From contig OZ242195.1 of the NCBI GenBank assembly GCA_965205975.1, forward strand, positions 1,152,001-1,216,000: 64,000 nt of DNA, given 5' to 3'. The notes under the pieces were generated by a model. That model saw only the letters and a program-made list of their open reading frames with translations, searched no databases and was not told the origin of the DNA. Of the stretch, positions 59,830 through 64,000 are shown in pieces (positions within the stretch are counted from its first letter, which is position 1; every line of letters begins with the position of its first letter). The translations under genes were made by a program, and so were the position numbers. The DNA comes from Candidatus Latescibacterota bacterium (lineage in GTDB: Bacteria; Latescibacterota; UBA2968).

Positions 59830-60588
59830 TTAGAATCGCCAGATTTTCAGGGCGGTTTTTCCGAATATCCATTCTCTGTCTTCTTCACTGAGGGCAGATA
59901 GATAATCCATTGGGACTTTGAGGCTGTTGTCATAGCCTTCGCGTCTGCTTACTGGAGGATAGTCGCTTCCCCACATGACCCTTTGGGGACCGAAGGCTTC
60001 GATGGCCATGTCGGCGAGTGGGGGAATGGGATCAAAGGGCAGGGGGACGGGACAGATTTCGCCGAATCCGGGGAGTTTAATGGACAGATTGGGGTGTTCG
60101 GCGAGTTCGAGGATTTTTTTGAAGGTATCATAAGGAGGTTGCTGGCCCTCGCCGATGCCCGCGAGGTGTTCGATCACAATGGACAGAGTTGGAAATTCTC
60201 TGATTACTTCTGCAAATTCATCGCTCAGAAGGCTCTGTGGATTGCTCGGCGCACTGACGACGAGGTCGAGTTCGGCTGCTGTGCGCCACTGCGCGAGGGG
60301 ATCGGCGCAATCGGCGCGGCTATTTGCAGGGAGACGGATGCCCACGATGCCCTGTTCTGCCCATTGTCGCATGGCTGTGCCATCGTCTGTTGGTTCAACG
60401 ATCATGGCCGCTTGAAATTTTTCCGGATGTGCCGCCATGCTGTCGAGCATATACTGGTTATCCGAGTTCCCCGCGTACTGGATGAAGACGGCACGATCAA
60501 CGCCAGATGTGTTCATGTGGTAGAGTAGGGATTCTACGGGTTCGTATTTGTGAAGTCCAATGTGGCAGTGTGTATCGACAATGGTCAT
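59830..60588 (-). CDS. Amidohydrolase_2 family protein
   Basis: VDTHCH, IEHLA, MWGSDYP. Confidence 0.9.
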   Translation of the reverse strand: MTIVDTHCHIGLHKYEPVESLLYHMNTSGVDRAVFIQYAGNSDNQYMLDSMAAHPEKFQAAMIVEPTDDGTAMRQWAEQGIVGIRLPANSRADCADPLAQWRTAAELDLVVSAPSNPQSLLSDEFAEVIREFPTLSIVIEHLAGIGEGQQPPYDTFKKILELAEHPNLSIKLPGFGEICPVPLPFDPIPPLADMAIEAFGPQRVMWGSDYPPVSRREGYDNSLKVPMDYLSALSEEDREWIFGKTALKIWRF

Positions 60589-60614
60589 TGCGTTTTTACT
60601 CCGAAAGGGTGGGA

Positions 60615-61304
60615 TCAAAACAATGCGCCCTGTTCGGGCGGTTGCGCGGGTTTGAGACAGTCGGAGGTGTCATTTCTCGGGTTATTGACAAGGGTGGAAA
60701 CGGGGTGTGCGATCATCTCTTGGGAGGAATAGGAGACGAGGAGGTCCTGGAGGTCTGTTCGTTCTGCCGGGTCGAGCCAGCGGTCATACACATCAGCCGG
60801 GAGGATAACGGGCATGCGGTTGTGAATTGGCGCCATCAGGTCGTTGGGTTCGGTTGTGATAATCGTACAGGATTGAATGCTATGTCCCTCGGGTGATTGC
60901 CACGATTCCCAGAGGCCAGCAAAAGCAAAAGGGGCACCGGATTTGAGCGATATGTACATGGGGGTTTTGGTTCTGCCGTCGGGATTGCGTTGCCATTCGT
61001 AAAATCCCGTTGTGGGAATTAGACATCTCCGTCTTTTAAAGGCCGTGCGAAATGAGGGTTTTTCCGCAAGGGTTTCTCCCCGCGCATTGATGAGTCGGTT
61101 GCCAATTTTGTGATCTTTTGCCCACGACGGAATAAGTCCCCATTTGAAGGTGTCCGCACGCAGTTCGGCAGTGTTGGCAATCGCCGTGATATCCTGGCCC
61201 GGTGCGATATTGTATCGCAATGGCATCTCGTTGGGGAAAATAACCTGTGGGAATGCGAGTTGGTTTTCATCGCATTGAGCAGCATAAACAAATCGACCGC
61301 ACAT
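60615..61304 (-). CDS. SOS response-associated peptidase (SRAP/YedK/HMCES)
   Basis: MCGRF N-terminus, YNIAP, NARGET, GFYEW, HNRMP. Confidence 0.95.
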   Translation of the reverse strand: MCGRFVYAAQCDENQLAFPQVIFPNEMPLRYNIAPGQDITAIANTAELRADTFKWGLIPSWAKDHKIGNRLINARGETLAEKPSFRTAFKRRRCLIPTTGFYEWQRNPDGRTKTPMYISLKSGAPFAFAGLWESWQSPEGHSIQSCTIITTEPNDLMAPIHNRMPVILPADVYDRWLDPAERTDLQDLLVSYSSQEMIAHPVSTLVNNPRNDTSDCLKPAQPPEQGALF

Positions 61305-61469
61305 GATATGATTCCTCGTTCATAGATTATCTTTTCAAATATGTATAGTCTCTTCTCGCCAAATGTCAAGGTCTTTCCCTTAATAATTTTTGCTTGCTCG
61401 TGGACGGGTGTCTCATTACATTGAGCCGCGTTTTATAGATTGATCTTACATTTTTGATTGGAGGATGTT

Positions 61470-62528
61470 ATGGCAACAGAGCTGGGTTTTGGCGTTGTTG
61501 GATTGGGTATGGGTACGAACCACTGTCGGTCTGTCACACGGGCTAATGGCGCGAAGTTGGTGGCCGTGTGTGATGTGGATGAGGAGCGTTTGGGACCGAC
61601 GGCTGAGGAATACGGATGCAAAGCTTATACGAGTTATGCAGAGATGCTTCAGGACGATGAGGTCCAGGTCGTCAACGTTTGCGTGGAGTCTGGTAAGCAC
61701 GCTGAGCTGGGTATTCAGGCTGCAGATGCGGGTAAGCATATGATCGTTGAGAAGCCCGCGGATATTACGCCTGAGCGCGTCGATCAATTAATTGGTGCGG
61801 TGAAAGATGCCGGTGTAAAAGTTGGGTGTATTTTTCAAGCGCGTCTGGAACCTCTAAATAGGCGGATTAAAGATGCGGTTGACAGCGGCAAGCTGGGCAA
61901 GTTGATCGGCGTTCACGGCCATTTGCCCTGGTATCGTGCGGATAGTTATTATCAGGGCGCGCACGGATCCTGGAAGGGAACATGGGATCTCGATGGGGGA
62001 GGCTCGCTGATGAATCAGGGCGTGCATACCGTCGATTTGATTCAGTGGCTCGCTGGCGGCGTCGAGTCTGTGATGGGCATGTTCGGCGTTTTTGGACACG
62101 ATATCGAGGCAGAAGATCAGACTGTGGCGTTGTTCAAGTTTAAGAATGGCGCGATTGGCACGGTTTATACGACGACCTGTTGCTATCCAGGGCTTCCGCA
62201 ATTGGTGACTATTTACGGAGAGAATGGGTCGATTATGAAAGATGCTTCAAAGTTGATTTCTTGGAAGATCCAGGGTGAGAATGAGGCATCGGAAGAAGCC
62301 GAGATGCTGGGGTTTTACGGCGACAGGGAAGACAAGCAGAAGAATATTTCAGCAGATCCGCTGGCCGTCAGTTCCGATGGGCACACATTGATCATCGAAG
62401 ACCTCGTCGGGGCGATCAATGAAGAGCGCGAACCTATGATTGGCCTAGAAAGCGCGCGCCATGCCGTGGAAATTATCACTGCGGTGTTTGAATCCGGGCG
62501 CACGGGACGGGAGGTTAAGGTGGGGTAG
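61470..62528 (+). CDS. Gfo/Idh/MocA oxidoreductase
   Basis: GVVGLGMG, EKP, GGGSLMNQGVHTVD. Confidence 0.92.
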   Translation: MATELGFGVVGLGMGTNHCRSVTRANGAKLVAVCDVDEERLGPTAEEYGCKAYTSYAEMLQDDEVQVVNVCVESGKHAELGIQAADAGKHMIVEKPADITPERVDQLIGAVKDAGVKVGCIFQARLEPLNRRIKDAVDSGKLGKLIGVHGHLPWYRADSYYQGAHGSWKGTWDLDGGGSLMNQGVHTVDLIQWLAGGVESVMGMFGVFGHDIEAEDQTVALFKFKNGAIGTVYTTTCCYPGLPQLVTIYGENGSIMKDASKLISWKIQGENEASEEAEMLGFYGDREDKQKNISADPLAVSSDGHTLIIEDLVGAINEEREPMIGLESARHAVEIITAVFESGRTGREVKVG

Positions 62529-62539
62529 AGGGAAGTATG

Positions 62540-62579
62540 AAATAAAAAAAGCCAGATATTTTGTCTGGCTTTTTTATTT
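62540..62579. terminator. Bidirectional rho-independent terminator
   Basis: A-run GCCAGA/TCTGGC T-run between convergent genes. Confidence 0.85.
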
Positions 62580-62939
62580 TCACGGATTGTAGCCGGGGAA
62601 TGCCTCTGCCATCGCTCCTTTGTCCGTGCCTGCGAATAGCCGATCGCCGGTGTGTATTAGTGGTCGGCGTATTAGTCGAGGTTGTTCAATCATGAGGCGA
62701 ACCAGTTCGTCTGGTGACACATCCTCTCGGTCGAGATTTAATGGTCTCGCCGAAGGACTCCGCCAAGAAAATATGTCGGTTGGGGGCGTGTCGCCGAGCA
62801 ATTCCCGGAGTTCTTCTTCGGTGAATTCATCTTTGAAGAAATCCCTTTCCTCCACATTCACGCCTTCTCGTGAAAGCCACGCTTTCACCTTGCGACATGT
62901 ACTTCATCTGTTCCAGGTGTAAAAGTTGATTTTAGACAT
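62580..62939 (-). CDS. ArsC/Spx-family thioredoxin-fold selenoprotein (UxxC), 119 aa
   Basis: AGGAG RBS, ATG 62939, MSKINFYTWNR-TGA-STCRKVKAWL..PRLIRRP. Confidence 0.85.
62870..62888 (-). promoter_or_regulatory. Putative bacterial SECIS hairpin
   Basis: GTGAAAGC-GTG-GCTTTCAC beginning 16 nt after the in-frame TGA. Confidence 0.7.
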
Positions 62940-62964
62940 GGATATCTCCTGTATGTTCCATTAT

Positions 62965-64000
62965 TTACATAGAAACGCCCAGTAGCCCTCGGGTAAATTG
63001 AAAGTCTGTGTTACCTGTTAGAGGTGTTTTGGGTGTGTATTGACGAGATGCGACGGCGATGATCTGGCGCAAGAGGGCGTCGGCGTTGTGTTTGGGTTCG
63101 GTGTTGAAGATGAGATCAAAGTCATCGCCGTAGGAATTGGCGACGCGTTCTTCGGCAGTTGTTTGAAGCATGGGGGTCAGGGGATGCCCCTGTAAGGGAT
63201 GATCGCCCGAGTAGGCGATGATGAGGTGGACGCCTGTTCCGCCCAATCCCGTGAGGGTTTCGACCCAGTGGTCGGTCTGGCTATCCATGATGTGATAGCC
63301 AGATTGAGCGGGATTTTGCCCATGTGCAAGGGTGGGTGCAGGTGGCGTGCTACCCAGAACTTCGGATAGATAGATGGGATGAGACAGAAAACTCGCATTG
63401 TCGGGTACGATGAGTGTGGCACCCGTGCTGATCAAGGTTTGGGTTAGGATAGCGAGTGATTGCGCGGCTATATCGGAAATGGAGCCAGAAGCGTGAAGAC
63501 CGATGCGGAGTGCGGACAGGCTGGCGGGAGTGATTTCAGCAGGAGGCGTCTGCGTGAACTGGTCGAGAAAATAGGCTTCGACCTTGTCGAGAACGGCCTC
63601 GATACCGCCGTCGAGTTGCACACTTGCCCATCCAAATGCATCGGGGCTGATCCCTCTGTCGTCTAGTTCATGCCGAATATAGTCGTTGTGGGTCTTTTCA
63701 CAGCCGTGTTCCAATAACAGGCAGGTGTGTACGAGAGGGTGAGTGAGGTAGCCGAGCATAGTGCGCGTGTAGAGGCGTTCGGTGGCTTCTCCCGATACGC
63801 CGCATCCTTCGGTGTGCGCGAGGGCGACAAAGCGCGAGATGCCCTTATCGAGTCCCAGACCCTTTTCTGTGAGGCGTTTAGCCGCCATTAGCGCGATTTG
63901 CCCCGAACACAGGCTGGTGGGTAGAATCAGGCCCAGGCGGTCGGTTGTGAATCCGTCCTGGGTGCGAATGGCTTCGAAACTGTGTTCATCAGCGTCCGAT
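62965..64000 (-). CDS. UxaA/GarD-family dehydratase, C-terminal part; 5' end outside window
   Basis: LPTSLCS, ALAHTEGCG, LEHGCEK; frame open to window end. Confidence 0.8.
   Translation of the reverse strand, partial: SDADEHSFEAIRTQDGFTTDRLGLILPTSLCSGQIALMAAKRLTEKGLGLDKGISRFVALAHTEGCGVSGEATERLYTRTMLGYLTHPLVHTCLLLEHGCEKTHNDYIRHELDDRGISPDAFGWASVQLDGGIEAVLDKVEAYFLDQFTQTPPAEITPASLSALRIGLHASGSISDIAAQSLAILTQTLISTGATLIVPDNASFLSHPIYLSEVLGSTPPAPTLAHGQNPAQSGYHIMDSQTDHWVETLTGLGGTGVHLIIAYSGDHPLQGHPLTPMLQTTAEERVANSYGDDFDLIFNTEPKHNADALLRQIIAVASRQYTPKTPLTGNTDFQFTRGLLGVSM

Overview
Bacterial chromosomal window with about 55 genes. The sulfatase/oxidoreductase-rich content and dockerin-like EF-hand modules suggest a Latescibacterota-like marine heterotroph (inference only). 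The backbone carries five Cys-type sulfatases, a LamG-GH116 glycosidase, five Gfo/Idh/MocA oxidoreductases, radC, comF, a pfk-gap-pgk-tpiA-secG-tRNA-Leu(GAG) operon whose PFK has PPi-type signatures, S8/S9 peptidases, SRAP and a partial UxaA-family gene. An integrase-free accessory island at about 23.6-38.9 kb holds an AAA/PD-(D/E)XK gene in nested direct repeats, an ABC-type ATPase plus partner (defence-like), and a 10-kb minus-strand operon. That operon encodes a catalytically dead and an active membrane-anchored trypsin-FHA protein, a MotA/TolQ/ExbB channel with an Asp-helix YfaP-like partner, two more FHA proteins, a Ser/Thr kinase with an extracellular FGE/CLec domain, and a second FGE protein; it is the best candidate for an undescribed system. 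The kinase 3' end looks like a DGR variable region, with orphan copies upstream. A smaller islet at 57-59.8 kb has a NucS-like nuclease and VapBC. An ArsC/Spx-family gene truncated by the ORF track has an in-frame UGA (UxxC) followed by a SECIS-like hairpin. All calls come from motif recognition by eye; no searches were run.
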